Assembly: GCA_021513695.1 (NCBI GenBank)
Contig: CP084166.1
Coordinates: forward strand, 2,400,001-2,464,000
Source of the DNA: Candidatus Heimdallarchaeum aukensis
Lineage (GTDB): Archaea; Asgardarchaeota; Heimdallarchaeia; Heimdallarchaeales; Heimdallarchaeaceae
Reading direction: 5' to 3'
DNA: 64,000 nucleotides
This document shows, in pieces, positions 31,249 through 41,789 of this stretch. Position numbers and translations under genes: made by a program. The notes under the pieces were generated by a model, which was given only the letters and a program-made list of their open reading frames with translations, made no database searches and had not been told where the DNA came from. Numbering within the stretch: position 1 is the first letter of the stretch; the number at the start of each line of letters is the position of its first letter.

Positions 31249-32943
31249 GTGAAAATGAAACCCGATATTGAAATCTCACAAGAAAAAGCAAAAGATATGA
31301 AAGATATTAGAGAAATTGTAAAAAAAGTAGGTTTAACTGAAGACGATCTTCAGCTTTACGGTAAGTATATAGCCAAGTTAAGTCAAGAGGCCATTTCTCG
31401 CATTCTTAACTCAGATAAAGAAGAAGGAAAATTAATTTTCGTTACAGCTATGACTGCCTCAAAAGCAGGAGAAGGAAAGACAGTAACCAGTATAGGTCTG
31501 TCTCAAGCTTTCGCTAAACTAGGAAAAAATGTAATGTTTGCCATTAGAGAACCATCAATGGGACCAACTTTTGGAATAAAAGGAGGAGCAACTGGTGGAG
31601 GATATTCACAAGTCTTCCCAATGGTTGATATTGATCTGCACTTTACAGGAGATCTTCATGCAATTACATCAGCTCACAATTTACTCGCTGCACTGATTGA
31701 TAATCACATAACGAAAGGTAATAAACTAAACATTGATCCTACTAAGGTCACTTGGCCAAGAGCTTTGGATGTAAATGACAGAGCATTAAGAAACATCATT
31801 ACTGGGTTGGGAGGAAGAAGATTAGGCGGAGATATTCGTAATACTGGTTTTGTAATTACTGCAGCTAGTGAAATAATGGCTATTTTGGCACTTTCAATGG
31901 ATATGAAAGAATTGAAAGAAAGGCTAGGTAATATTTTAATTGGTTATACTTACGATGATAAGCCAGTATATGCAAGAGATCTAAAAGCTGTTGGCGCAAT
32001 GGCTTTAATACTGAAAGATGCAATTAAACCTAATATTGTTCAGAATTTCGAAGGCGTTCCTGGTTTCATTCACTGTGGACCTTTTGCAAATATTGCTCAT
32101 GGTAATAGCTCAATATTAGCAACTAAATTGGCTCTCAAACTAGCTGATTATGTAATAACTGAAGGAGGTTTTGCTGCAGACTTAGGATTTGAAAAATTCT
32201 GTGATATAGTTGCTAGAAAATACAATACAATTCCTTCTGCAGTAGTGCTTGTAGCATCAATTAGAGCATTACACATCCATGGTGGAGCTCCATTCGAAAA
32301 AGGATTTGAAAAGAACTTAGACGCTTTAGCAAAAGGAGTTGAAAATCTTGCTAAACACATAGACAATATGAAAAACAAGTTTAAAGTTCCTCCTGTTGTA
32401 GCAATTAATCGATTCCCACAAGATGATGATGAAGAAATAGAATGGCTACGTAATTGGTGTATTGAACAAGGTGCAGAATTTGCAGTCTCTGAAGTGTTCT
32501 CAAAAGGAGGAGAAGGTGGTATCGATCTCGCTAAAGCAGTTCTTGCTGCAATTGAAAAGGGAGAAAAACAACTAAACTACATCTATGAACTTGATGATCC
32601 TGTAAAAGTGAAAATAGAAAAAATAGCGAAACAAGTTTATGGCGCTGATGGAGTAGAATATTCGCCAAAAGCTCTTGATGACATAAAACTTATTGAAAAA
32701 CTAGGTTATGCTAATTTCCCAATTTGTATGGCTAAAACTCAGTTAAGTATAACTGATAAAACAGGTCTTTTAGGAGCTCCTACTGGCTGGAAATTGAATG
32801 TTGATGAAGTTAGATTGTATACTGGAGCTCAATTCATTGTTCCTGTAGCAGGAAGAATGTTCTTGATGCCTGGGTTACCTCCAGTACCTGCTGCAGAGCG
32901 TATGGATATTGATGAAAACGGTCATGTAGTTGGGTTGGAGTAA
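31249..32943 (+). CDS. fhs: formate--tetrahydrofolate ligase
   Basis: 564 aa. P-loop AGEGKTVTSIGL and full-length similarity pattern to FTHFS (…GGGYSQVFPM…, …AKTQLSITDK…). Confidence 0.95.
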   Translation: MKMKPDIEISQEKAKDMKDIREIVKKVGLTEDDLQLYGKYIAKLSQEAISRILNSDKEEGKLIFVTAMTASKAGEGKTVTSIGLSQAFAKLGKNVMFAIREPSMGPTFGIKGGATGGGYSQVFPMVDIDLHFTGDLHAITSAHNLLAALIDNHITKGNKLNIDPTKVTWPRALDVNDRALRNIITGLGGRRLGGDIRNTGFVITAASEIMAILALSMDMKELKERLGNILIGYTYDDKPVYARDLKAVGAMALILKDAIKPNIVQNFEGVPGFIHCGPFANIAHGNSSILATKLALKLADYVITEGGFAADLGFEKFCDIVARKYNTIPSAVVLVASIRALHIHGGAPFEKGFEKNLDALAKGVENLAKHIDNMKNKFKVPPVVAINRFPQDDDEEIEWLRNWCIEQGAEFAVSEVFSKGGEGGIDLAKAVLAAIEKGEKQLNYIYELDDPVKVKIEKIAKQVYGADGVEYSPKALDDIKLIEKLGYANFPICMAKTQLSITDKTGLLGAPTGWKLNVDEVRLYTGAQFIVPVAGRMFLMPGLPPVPAAERMDIDENGHVVGLE

Positions 32944-32982
32944 TCTCTAATTTTTTTCTCTATTTCTTTTTTTTAGAAAATA

Positions 32983-33993
32983 TTAGATGTAAAATATGTT
33001 GTTTAGAATAATATAAACAAAATAAATAATTATATTTGAAACCCACAGTCCCCATGCAAGATTTTTTTTCCATTCAAAAATATAATTTCCATCGGATAAA
33101 GGAAATAAAGGCATAGCATGGAAGACAAGAAAACCAAAAATAAATACAACTAAAGCACTTGAAAATGAATATAAAGCGATGATAAAACTAGATGCAGGAT
33201 AAAAAGCTCGCAATAATGTGAAAATAGCTGCAATAATTTCCCATCCAAGCAACCATGAAACACCAGCTAAAGCAGTTATTCCATATTCTCTCCTTACAGG
33301 GTTGATATCATTTAGATGAATAATGTTTCCTTGTGTTCTTCTGAATAATCTTTTTTTGAGGATAAGTATTGATGGAGGTAGTATGAGAACAGGAAACACT
33401 ATTGAAAGTAACGATATCAAAAATGCTTGCAACCATAAAGCATTTCTCGCACTTACTCCAGCTCTTTTACCTACAACAAAATGTATTACTTCGTGTAATG
33501 AATAAGTTAACCCAATTCCAATGAAAATAGTGGGTAAAATAATAAGAATTGTATTTCTGTAGAATTGGAGATTGACAGTGAAATATAGAGAAAGAATAAT
33601 AGAAATAAAAACTGTAGGGATTAAGATGTTAAAGAAATTCTTATCAAACGAATAAAGGGTGAAAAAAGCTGATCTCGCCAGAAATCTATCTTTTTTTTCC
33701 AAGTAAGAAGACGTTCGTTTAATTTTTTTGTTTGACATATCAATAGGAAAAACTTTCTCTTTTTTCTCTTCAGTTATAATTTTTACAGGAGTAGTAGCTC
33801 TACTGACCTTTGATTTTTTGTATTCATCAGATTGAAAATAGTTTAATTTTATACAATTATGTTGTTCTGGAAGTCGGTGTTTTGAACAATAATAATTACC
33901 ACAGAGTTTACACTTAAAAGGCAGCATCTCTTCTTCATTGTTACAATTTGGATATGAACATCTGGATTTTGGCATCTTAATCCTCCTCTTCAC
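32983..33993 (-). CDS. AN1-type zinc finger fused to M50 protease-like membrane protein (paralog of 30140..31072)
   Basis: N-terminal CSYPNC-x10-CKLC-x4-C-x2-H-x5-H-x-C. TM HEVIH (HExxH). Distal PLFPLSDG. Confidence 0.6.
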   Translation of the reverse strand: MKRRIKMPKSRCSYPNCNNEEEMLPFKCKLCGNYYCSKHRLPEQHNCIKLNYFQSDEYKKSKVSRATTPVKIITEEKKEKVFPIDMSNKKIKRTSSYLEKKDRFLARSAFFTLYSFDKNFFNILIPTVFISIILSLYFTVNLQFYRNTILIILPTIFIGIGLTYSLHEVIHFVVGKRAGVSARNALWLQAFLISLLSIVFPVLILPPSILILKKRLFRRTQGNIIHLNDINPVRREYGITALAGVSWLLGWEIIAAIFTLLRAFYPASSFIIALYSFSSALVVFIFGFLVFHAMPLFPLSDGNYIFEWKKNLAWGLWVSNIIIYFVYIILNNIFYI

Positions 33994-35221
33994 TATCGCT
34001 CTTTAGTGTGATTTCACAAATACGATGTTCTGTTTTTTCTAAAGAAATATCTGTCTTACATGTTTCAGCAATCCATTTTTCACAATCGTTACACATTATA
34101 TTATCTGGATGCTTCCAGAAACCACAGACAAGTAAAAATTTTTCTTCATCAAAATAAAAATCATTGATAAAACTACACTTGTTAAAAAGTTGAATCAGTC
34201 TTATCATTGGGTCAAGTTCATAGTAAATATCTTTTCCAATTTCCTGGTTGATTAATTCAATTGTTTTTTCTCTTTCTTTTAATCCCATTTCTCTTATTGC
34301 TTGAGTGCTAGCATGAACTGCTTGTTCTCTTCCTGCTCCTTCACGACTAATTTGAAAAAGACATTCTTGAATATAACCATACTCTGAAGCACATCGTGTT
34401 TCTTCGCAGAAAATTTTATCTTCAAAGATATGTGAAAAAATTGTTTCTAACATCCCTTCGATAAACGAACAAGTTTTTGTAGCAATAACTCCTAAAGAAT
34501 CTGTCCAAATAGAGTTTCTAACTGCTATTGAAGCTACTTTCTCTTCTGGGTCCAAATGCATCAGTGAAAATTTACCCCACCTGGCAACAATAGGCGATTT
34601 TAGAATCTCTGTAATTTTATCACGAGGTTTTTTAGCATTCTTAATGCTGATAGTTTGTATAATCCTTTTTCCTACTTCTTTGCCAATTTTATCTAAAACT
34701 TGTGATATAGGGTCTTCTTCACCTTCAAATTGCCCATAAAATATCATTTGTAAAAGTACAGTAACCTTATCTCTAAGTTCCCTTAAAGTTGTTGCCAAAA
34801 AAGGAAATTCTTCAAGGGTTGGAGAAGTATAATTAACCACATTTAACAATTCTGGTGATTCTTTTAATTTTGTGATAGATCTTTCCATTTCATCTTCAGT
34901 TGAAGAAATCATCAAATATTCTGTAATTGTTGGGTCAAAAATAACAACAGAGAGCATGAATTCTTCTTTTCCTCCCCTCGCAAGAGGATTTGGCACAGAG
35001 AAAAACATACTTGAGTAAACTACATTTACCATTGCATTGACAAAGGCTTTCATTTCTTGTAAAAAATTGAAGTCCATTAACCGTGTAAGGCTTGCAGTAA
35101 TTCTATCATCTTTTATTTCTGCTATGTGGAAAAGAAGGCGTGGACCTAATCTTTGGTCAAAGTGAAAAAGCATCACGTTTATTCTGTCTAGAAGATCTTT
35201 TGGTTCACTCATATTCTCCAA
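33977..35221 (-). CDS. hypothetical protein with C-terminal Cys cluster
   Basis: 414 aa. 17-bp overlap with the downstream AN1-M50 gene. C-terminal C-x9-C-x2-C...C. Confidence 0.45.
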   Translation of the reverse strand: MENMSEPKDLLDRINVMLFHFDQRLGPRLLFHIAEIKDDRITASLTRLMDFNFLQEMKAFVNAMVNVVYSSMFFSVPNPLARGGKEEFMLSVVIFDPTITEYLMISSTEDEMERSITKLKESPELLNVVNYTSPTLEEFPFLATTLRELRDKVTVLLQMIFYGQFEGEEDPISQVLDKIGKEVGKRIIQTISIKNAKKPRDKITEILKSPIVARWGKFSLMHLDPEEKVASIAVRNSIWTDSLGVIATKTCSFIEGMLETIFSHIFEDKIFCEETRCASEYGYIQECLFQISREGAGREQAVHASTQAIREMGLKEREKTIELINQEIGKDIYYELDPMIRLIQLFNKCSFINDFYFDEEKFLLVCGFWKHPDNIMCNDCEKWIAETCKTDISLEKTEHRICEITLKSDSEEED

Positions 35222-35256
35222 CTTTCAGATGATTAATTTCACACTTCTTTTGCAGT

Positions 35257-36297
35257 TTATAGTTTTTTTGTATAAAGATATCCTATTGCAAATGCAGGAC
35301 TAAATTCTACTGAAACAAAATCACTGCCTTTTACTATTTTAATATTTGCAAATTCTTCATCTTGTGACAAATAGTCAAATAATAAGTCTGCTCCAATTCC
35401 AAAAAGAACTATCTTATCTAACCCATATGCTTTAAGCTTTTGTTGAATTGCATTTTTAATTATGTTTAATATCTTTTGAATAAGATTATCAGTAATTTTT
35501 TGTAAAATATCCATGTTCTCCTTATAATTTGAGATACAAAACATCTTGCTTACATTTCTGTAGGCATTTTCTCTAATTTGATCAAGAGTTAAATTTGTGT
35601 CAGTTTGGGAAGTATGTAGATCATTTGAGATAAAGAAAAGATCTTCTGTTCTAGCATGAGGAAAAGAAGGAAGGTAGATTTTTTTACCATCAAAAATAAA
35701 TGGATTCTCGATATTTACTAAATTTGTTTCTAAAGTTCCAATAAACAATAGTTCATCATTTAACATTCTCTCATAATTATTTCTAGAATTTGCAGCATAT
35801 TTCCCTTCCTTTACAGGAGCTAGTGAAAAAGTTCTAGTCGAAAATTCTATAGCAAGAAAATCTTCTTTAACAAAATCATAAGCTGCTTCTGCTAAAGCTT
35901 TCCAACCAGCTGACACAACTTTGGAAGGGTTTTTCTCTGCTTCATCTGGAGATAGAAATGAATTATCCAAAGAATAATAACTTACATTATTTACGTATTT
36001 GTTAACAATTTTGCCAATAAAGGATACTGCTTCTTGATCAGAATCAAAAACAGGCTCTGCAGAAGTGGTTAATATGAAATCCCTGATTCCAAAGTCGCTA
36101 TATGAACGTAGAAGAGACTTAATAAAAGTTTCAAATTCATCTTTTTTCTTATTTAGAGAAAAAAGAATTCTCTGATAACTTAAAGGTGAATCAGGTTGGG
36201 AAGGGTCTATTACGCAAATTTTCTGTGTTGTGATTCCAATATCCAAGACTGCTATAGCATTATGTGATGTAAAAAAAGTAGAATTTGTGATATTCAT
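35257..36297 (-). CDS. hypothetical protein, possibly ASKHA (actin/sugar-kinase-like) ATPase fold
   Basis: N-terminal AIAVLDIGITTQKICVID resembles the phosphate-1 motif. C-terminal VLFGIGADLL resembles the adenosine motif. Weak. Confidence 0.4.
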   Translation of the reverse strand: MNITNSTFFTSHNAIAVLDIGITTQKICVIDPSQPDSPLSYQRILFSLNKKKDEFETFIKSLLRSYSDFGIRDFILTTSAEPVFDSDQEAVSFIGKIVNKYVNNVSYYSLDNSFLSPDEAEKNPSKVVSAGWKALAEAAYDFVKEDFLAIEFSTRTFSLAPVKEGKYAANSRNNYERMLNDELLFIGTLETNLVNIENPFIFDGKKIYLPSFPHARTEDLFFISNDLHTSQTDTNLTLDQIRENAYRNVSKMFCISNYKENMDILQKITDNLIQKILNIIKNAIQQKLKAYGLDKIVLFGIGADLLFDYLSQDEEFANIKIVKGSDFVSVEFSPAFAIGYLYTKKL

Positions 36298-36374
36298 TTA
36301 TATTTCTCCTTAACTTTATTTTAAAATGCTATACACGTTATTAAAAATAAGTTTTTGTTTAGTCTTTTTCATCC

Positions 36375-37019
36375 TCATCTATTTCTAAAAATCACTCCCT
36401 CTGGCTCGTCATCTTGTTGTTCTATTTTCGTTTTTTTCAGCTTTTTTTCGTTTACCTTGACATTCTTCAGATAAGTTTTATCTCCAACTAGTTTTGCTTT
36501 TGGATATATGTTTGAAATAGCTTGACAAATTTCAGCTAGTTTTCTATCCTCAATATATTCTCCTAAAAAGAATTCTTTTCCTTCTCTGGTATAAATGAGA
36601 AGCATACCTTTATTTTTATGTTTTCGAAGATCTAGCGATAACTTTCTAGGAATTCTTGACATACCATACCTTCTTATTTCAACAAGAGGTAAATTATTTT
36701 TTCTTATTCTAAATCCTGTTACAAGCATAGGAGTGGATCTATAAACTAAGTGCTTATCTTTTGTTATCTTAATAAAATCACGAGGATATGAAATCTCTTT
36801 AAACAAGCGATTAATGAAAATAATTGAAGGTATGATGATTACAACTATTGCTATAACCCAATCACCTATATTTGCTGATTTGAAATATACAACTGTTGCA
36901 ACAAACGCTCCTATCATTATAAATGTTGAAACAAGATTAAGAATGAAATCCTTCCAACCAAATCTCTTAGCTTGAACTTTAATTAATGCTTCATCTTCTT
37001 TTTTTGCCATTTTAATCAC
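36375..37019 (-). CDS. hypothetical membrane protein (two TM helices plus soluble domain)
   Basis: 214 aa. Hydrophobic helices at residues about 25-70, then a charged domain. Confidence 0.45.
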   Translation of the reverse strand: MIKMAKKEDEALIKVQAKRFGWKDFILNLVSTFIMIGAFVATVVYFKSANIGDWVIAIVVIIIPSIIFINRLFKEISYPRDFIKITKDKHLVYRSTPMLVTGFRIRKNNLPLVEIRRYGMSRIPRKLSLDLRKHKNKGMLLIYTREGKEFFLGEYIEDRKLAEICQAISNIYPKAKLVGDKTYLKNVKVNEKKLKKTKIEQQDDEPEGVIFRNR

Positions 37020-38032
37020 ATTTTCTTGTTAAAATCATTAACTAGTTTTACAATAAGGTCTAAACTTTCTTCTTCTACATCAAGAGGGATCACACAACCA
37101 GGAGCTAAAATGTTTCTCTTTATTTCCGCAGTCACTTCTAAACTTTTTATTATATTATTAATTATCTCTTCTTTATTTCCTTCGACTAATATTTCCTCGT
37201 TAATCCCTGCGAGGAAACCCCTTTTTTTTGTGATCTCACTTGCCTCTGAAAGAGATGGCCAAGTAAGCTGGTCATGCCAATTGTATGCGTGTGTTATTAT
37301 CCTCTCTGTTGCCTCTCTAAATAGAATGTTTTCTCCATGAATATGAAATACTGTTATTGGAGACTTTTTTCTTACACGTTTTATCAACTTCTCGATAAAA
37401 AACAACTCAAATTTATTTATTTCCTTATTAGTTAGTGAGCTAGGTCTTAGATGCTGTGAGGCAATAAATAAACCCTCAGCTCCAAAATCAAGAGAAGCCA
37501 TAGAAAATTCAGAAATAACCTCATAGAGAATATTTAATGCTTCAAAAATAATTTTAGGTTCTCTCTTGATGTGTTCCTCTATATTTCTATCCAATTTTGA
37601 AGCAACCATTAATGGGCTAAAAATAGTATTAATTTTGGGTAAAAATTCTAACTTTCTATTAATTAACTCGACTACGCGAAGTTGTTTACCAAATTCTCCA
37701 TCGTTCACGTCAACTTGTTCAATATTTTCCCAATCTTCGATTTTTGTTATTACTGGTTTAACACATCGCGTTGAACCACTCACAGGATCATATTCATCAG
37801 CTATTTGACATCCAAAGTCAACACAAGGATAACGTCCATGAAGAGAGATTTTCATTAAATCAAAGTTGAAACGATTGTAATAGTCAATATGTGCTTTGGC
37901 TAACTTGTCTGGGTCGAGATCGATTAAAGGAAAATGTCGCCAAAAAGAGAAAAGAATTCTTTCATCGTTTAAACCTGAAAAGGTGTCTAGAACTAGCTGC
38001 AGTTTATCCACTAGAAATCCCTCGGTTTGCAT
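37016..38032 (-). CDS. uroporphyrinogen decarboxylase (URO-D) family protein, MtaA/CmuA-like
   Basis: 338 aa with URO-D-like length and pattern, including C-terminal ILAPGCVIP. Overlaps neighbours at both ends (operon). Confidence 0.55.
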   Translation of the reverse strand: MQTEGFLVDKLQLVLDTFSGLNDERILFSFWRHFPLIDLDPDKLAKAHIDYYNRFNFDLMKISLHGRYPCVDFGCQIADEYDPVSGSTRCVKPVITKIEDWENIEQVDVNDGEFGKQLRVVELINRKLEFLPKINTIFSPLMVASKLDRNIEEHIKREPKIIFEALNILYEVISEFSMASLDFGAEGLFIASQHLRPSSLTNKEINKFELFFIEKLIKRVRKKSPITVFHIHGENILFREATERIITHAYNWHDQLTWPSLSEASEITKKRGFLAGINEEILVEGNKEEIINNIIKSLEVTAEIKRNILAPGCVIPLDVEEESLDLIVKLVNDFNKKM

Positions 38033-38562
38033 AATAGTTCTTTCATACGTAGGTCAAAGAATGTGCTTGTATGTGCAGGTTTAATTACCCAAGCAGTATC
38101 AGCTCCTCTTCCTGTTCCGCCTACAGAAATGACATCTTCCATTTTTATTAATCCTGCATCAGCAGCCATTAAAACTATCTCTGCTGCAACTTTTGTTCCT
38201 TGACCAAAAATGCGAAGGGTTTCAGCAATTAATTCCGAAATTTGCCAAGTACCATGCTTTTTTCGAATAGCTCTATCAATTCCCGCTAAAGCATGAGTAG
38301 CAGTTAATACTTCAACTCCTTTTTCTTTTAATGATATAATCATCTCTTCAGAGATCTCCATCTCTCCTGGAGAACGAAAACCAGCTTGATGTGTAACAGC
38401 AATAATTCTAGCATTTTTAACATTCTCAGCAGCATATAACGCAGTCTGGCCTTTTGTAGTAGCTACAATAACAGTATCAATTGAGCTTTCTTTTAGTTTC
38501 TGATTAACAATTTCGAAAACCTTCTCTGAATAATTTCCTGTTTTTTCAAAATATACTGTCAT
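38011..38562 (-). CDS. pyruvate-kinase C-terminal (PK_C)-like alpha/beta domain protein
   Basis: TVIVATTKGQTALYAAENVKNARIIAVTH resembles the PK_C core. 183 aa. Confidence 0.4.
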   Translation of the reverse strand: MTVYFEKTGNYSEKVFEIVNQKLKESSIDTVIVATTKGQTALYAAENVKNARIIAVTHQAGFRSPGEMEISEEMIISLKEKGVEVLTATHALAGIDRAIRKKHGTWQISELIAETLRIFGQGTKVAAEIVLMAADAGLIKMEDVISVGGTGRGADTAWVIKPAHTSTFFDLRMKELLCKPRDF

Positions 38563-38654
38563 TAAATAAAATAAAAAAAATTGTTTTATAAAGTTTCTAT
38601 AAAATTATTTTATTTCTGAGAAGATATATAAATAACTATTTTATTAGTTAAATT

Positions 38655-39071
38655 GTGGTAAATGTGTCGATGTCATTTGAAATTAATGAAGCAAAGTATA
38701 ATCCTTTGAAATTATCAGTAAGAAAAATAATCATACCAAAAGGCCAAGAAGAAATCATTGATAGATTAAAAGGTTGTATCTCTGCAGCATTAATAGGGTT
38801 ATCAAAAGAAGTAATTTACACACTGTTAATATTAGCAAAACGTGAATGGGAAAAAGCAAATATGAAACCATTAAATGATTTCAGATTTATGCATGTCAAT
38901 GAAAGAATCAAAGCGTTTGATGAAATGATAAAAACATTCATAGTACATTTAAACACTGTTTTGGTAAACCCATTAGATGAGAGTCAACAAGAATTTCTAA
39001 GAAAGAATGCTCTAACAAATTATAAAGATATACTAGAAACAGAAGGATACGTTGTTACCTATGAAATTTGA
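38655..39071 (+). CDS. hypothetical protein
   Basis: 138-aa ORF with no motif recognised. Confidence 0.4.
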   Translation: MVNVSMSFEINEAKYNPLKLSVRKIIIPKGQEEIIDRLKGCISAALIGLSKEVIYTLLILAKREWEKANMKPLNDFRFMHVNERIKAFDEMIKTFIVHLNTVLVNPLDESQQEFLRKNALTNYKDILETEGYVVTYEI

Positions 39072-39167
39072 TTTAAAAAAAGTTAAGTTATTTATTGTTC
39101 CAATCTATTAAAGGAAAAATACTGAAATTTGGGAAAAGCATAAATAATAAATTTCTTTTAAACTTGT

Positions 39168-41786
39168 ATGAAACTAAAGAAATTTATGGTATTTTTAGTT
39201 ATTCTATCTATTCTAACGATAAATTTTACTCTTCTACAAGGTATGGCTGACACACCACAAAATATTCTGATTTTATCGGAAGAAATAGATGATTCTCTAA
39301 AGGATAGATTTCAACTTGATCCTTCCTTTTCTGTAACTATACAATCACAACTCACAGGTTCACTTGATGGTTATTCTGGAATAATCTTGTATGATTATGC
39401 TCCTAAAAGTTCAGAATATAACCAAATTTTATCTTTCTCTGGGGGTATTGCTAGTTTCATTGGTGCTTCATTATTGTCTAACAGCTCAATTTTACTTGGT
39501 CTAAATATGATATCGGACTCTGTTGGAGAATTAATTAATACAACAGCTCTTCCAGAACCAATAGATCAAAAATCAGAACATGAACTCATAGCAAATATTA
39601 GATGGAACTCTGTTGTTCAAATTAGAAACTTTACGAGCTTACCACTGGCAAACACAATTCTAATTGAAACTTCTTCAGAAAGTAAAACACCAAACATTCC
39701 ACTTGTTAGTACTAATAATGATAATTCACGTATAGCTATTAATTTTCTTCCCAGTGAGCAGGCAAATAGCGAATTTATCCAATGGCCCTATTTTAATTAC
39801 TTCTTAAACATAATACTTAATCTAATTACGTCACAAAAACCACAATCTTACGCAGATTGGCCTTATTCTCCTGTTCCACATAAGTCAGCAACGATAGGTT
39901 TGGGTTTAATGGTATTACTCACTTCAGCTATCACTATTGCTGTGTATATTTTTGTAAAACGCTATTCCTCTAGGAACCCTATCAAAGAAGAAGACTTAGA
40001 AGAAATAAGTAAGGAAATAAAAGAAGAAAAAGACTGGGAAGATATTGGAATGCATAGACAGTTGGCAGGTTTCTTTGTCCAACTGTTTATTGGTTTGCTT
40101 ATAATTCTCCCCAATGTTGTTATGTCTTCTCTAATTTTTCCTCTCTACATTCTTCCAAGTCCTCAAGCAGCAGGATTTTATGATTTTACAATTCGGTTTT
40201 TTGAAGTATTATGGTTGATGTTTGATATTGGTACCTCTGTTGTACTCGTGAAATTCTTTAGTCAACATAGAGTAAAAAACCCACAACAAGCAGTAAAATA
40301 TATTCAAATTTTTATTTATTATCAGATGATTAGTGGGGTACTTCAACTCTTCTTAGTTTCCTTTATTGGTTCAATTTTCTTTCCTCGTTCCTTCTTAGCT
40401 CATTTAAGCTGGCTCTTTGTGACCCATGCTTTCTTCCAGTGGCCTGCGTTTTTTGTTGTTTTCATGCTAATTTTCCAAGCAATGAATCGACATGACATGT
40501 ATCAGATTCTCAACATTCTCCTATATGGAGTATTCAATATCACAATTCAGTATGGTGTTATAGTTATTTTTAGAGTTACTCTAGGAAAAAATCCTATTTT
40601 TGGTGATGGTTTAGCTGGAGCAATTGGATACAGTGTTGGAAATTATGTGATACAAGTAGTTACATTTCTTTTAGGACTATGGATGTTTAAACGCCAAAAA
40701 TTCTCTCTCAAAAGTATATTCAGAATCGATTTTTCTATGGCCGAGATTAAGGAGTCTCTAAGTTTCGGTTTTAAGTGGATGATAGGAAATATTCTTCCTC
40801 CATTAGGTTGGTTTGCGCAAATGTTTCTCCTTTCAACTTTTCTCCCTAACTATACTGAACAACAAGGTTATTTCTCTCTTGCATGGAATTTTGCATTAAT
40901 AGTCATGATAGCTGGGTTGTTTGCACAATCAATTTTACCTGGAGTTTCAGAATCATATCATGGAAAGAAAAAAGTACTAACAAGATACTACACACTAAAC
41001 TCTTTGAAGTGGGGAGCATACTTTGACTGGTTCTTTGTTTCTGCGCTATTAGCTATTGGTCCTCGTTTCATCATAGGAGGAGCGGGAGAAGAATGGGCTT
41101 CTGCAGCAATTATTATACGGTGGATACTCTTATTCCATTTCTTTGGATATTTATCTTGGATTGGAGATTGGATGTTTGCAGGTTCTGATCGTCCTGGTTG
41201 GGCTGCAATAAGTTGGGTAATAGAACAAGTAATAAGAACAGGATTACTTGTTGCGTTCATTCCAGCATATAAATTCTTTACAATTCACTTCAATTCTCCT
41301 ATGATTGGAGTACTTTTTGCATATATTCCCGCTCTAATTATAAAGAATGCATTTATGTGGTGGGGTATACGTAGAGACGACTTTTTCAAGTTCAGATGGA
41401 AAGACCTCTGGTATCAAGGTGTAGTAACTCCTTTACTTTCTGCTCTAGCATTGTTTAGTGTACTTGAACTACTATTTACAGTAATTTGGAAAGGAGAGAT
41501 AATTACATCAGTCGTAATTCTGTTAATTGGAATAATACCAGGACTTTACCTTTTTGCGTTCTTTATGGGACTATTCGGTGGATTTGATGATAACACATTA
41601 ACAGAACTCAAGAGAAGTACAGATATGGTTAAAGGAGTAGGATTTATGGCTAGACCCCTTTACAAACTTACAGAATGGGGGACGAAGATTTCTCCACTTC
41701 ATAACAGATTCCCTATCTCTATATACAATGAGGCCATTAAAGAAGCAGAGGAATTAACAAAAGAAAAAGCTAAACTCGTAATATAG
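39168..41786 (+). CDS. large polytopic membrane protein with N-terminal signal/anchor and about 220-aa extracytoplasmic domain (possible MOP-type flippase/transporter)
   Basis: 872 aa with at least 14 hydrophobic helices after a soluble N-terminal domain. Confidence 0.5.
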   Translation: MKLKKFMVFLVILSILTINFTLLQGMADTPQNILILSEEIDDSLKDRFQLDPSFSVTIQSQLTGSLDGYSGIILYDYAPKSSEYNQILSFSGGIASFIGASLLSNSSILLGLNMISDSVGELINTTALPEPIDQKSEHELIANIRWNSVVQIRNFTSLPLANTILIETSSESKTPNIPLVSTNNDNSRIAINFLPSEQANSEFIQWPYFNYFLNIILNLITSQKPQSYADWPYSPVPHKSATIGLGLMVLLTSAITIAVYIFVKRYSSRNPIKEEDLEEISKEIKEEKDWEDIGMHRQLAGFFVQLFIGLLIILPNVVMSSLIFPLYILPSPQAAGFYDFTIRFFEVLWLMFDIGTSVVLVKFFSQHRVKNPQQAVKYIQIFIYYQMISGVLQLFLVSFIGSIFFPRSFLAHLSWLFVTHAFFQWPAFFVVFMLIFQAMNRHDMYQILNILLYGVFNITIQYGVIVIFRVTLGKNPIFGDGLAGAIGYSVGNYVIQVVTFLLGLWMFKRQKFSLKSIFRIDFSMAEIKESLSFGFKWMIGNILPPLGWFAQMFLLSTFLPNYTEQQGYFSLAWNFALIVMIAGLFAQSILPGVSESYHGKKKVLTRYYTLNSLKWGAYFDWFFVSALLAIGPRFIIGGAGEEWASAAIIIRWILLFHFFGYLSWIGDWMFAGSDRPGWAAISWVIEQVIRTGLLVAFIPAYKFFTIHFNSPMIGVLFAYIPALIIKNAFMWWGIRRDDFFKFRWKDLWYQGVVTPLLSALALFSVLELLFTVIWKGEIITSVVILLIGIIPGLYLFAFFMGLFGGFDDNTLTELKRSTDMVKGVGFMARPLYKLTEWGTKISPLHNRFPISIYNEAIKEAEELTKEKAKLVI

Positions 41787-41789
41787 CCA

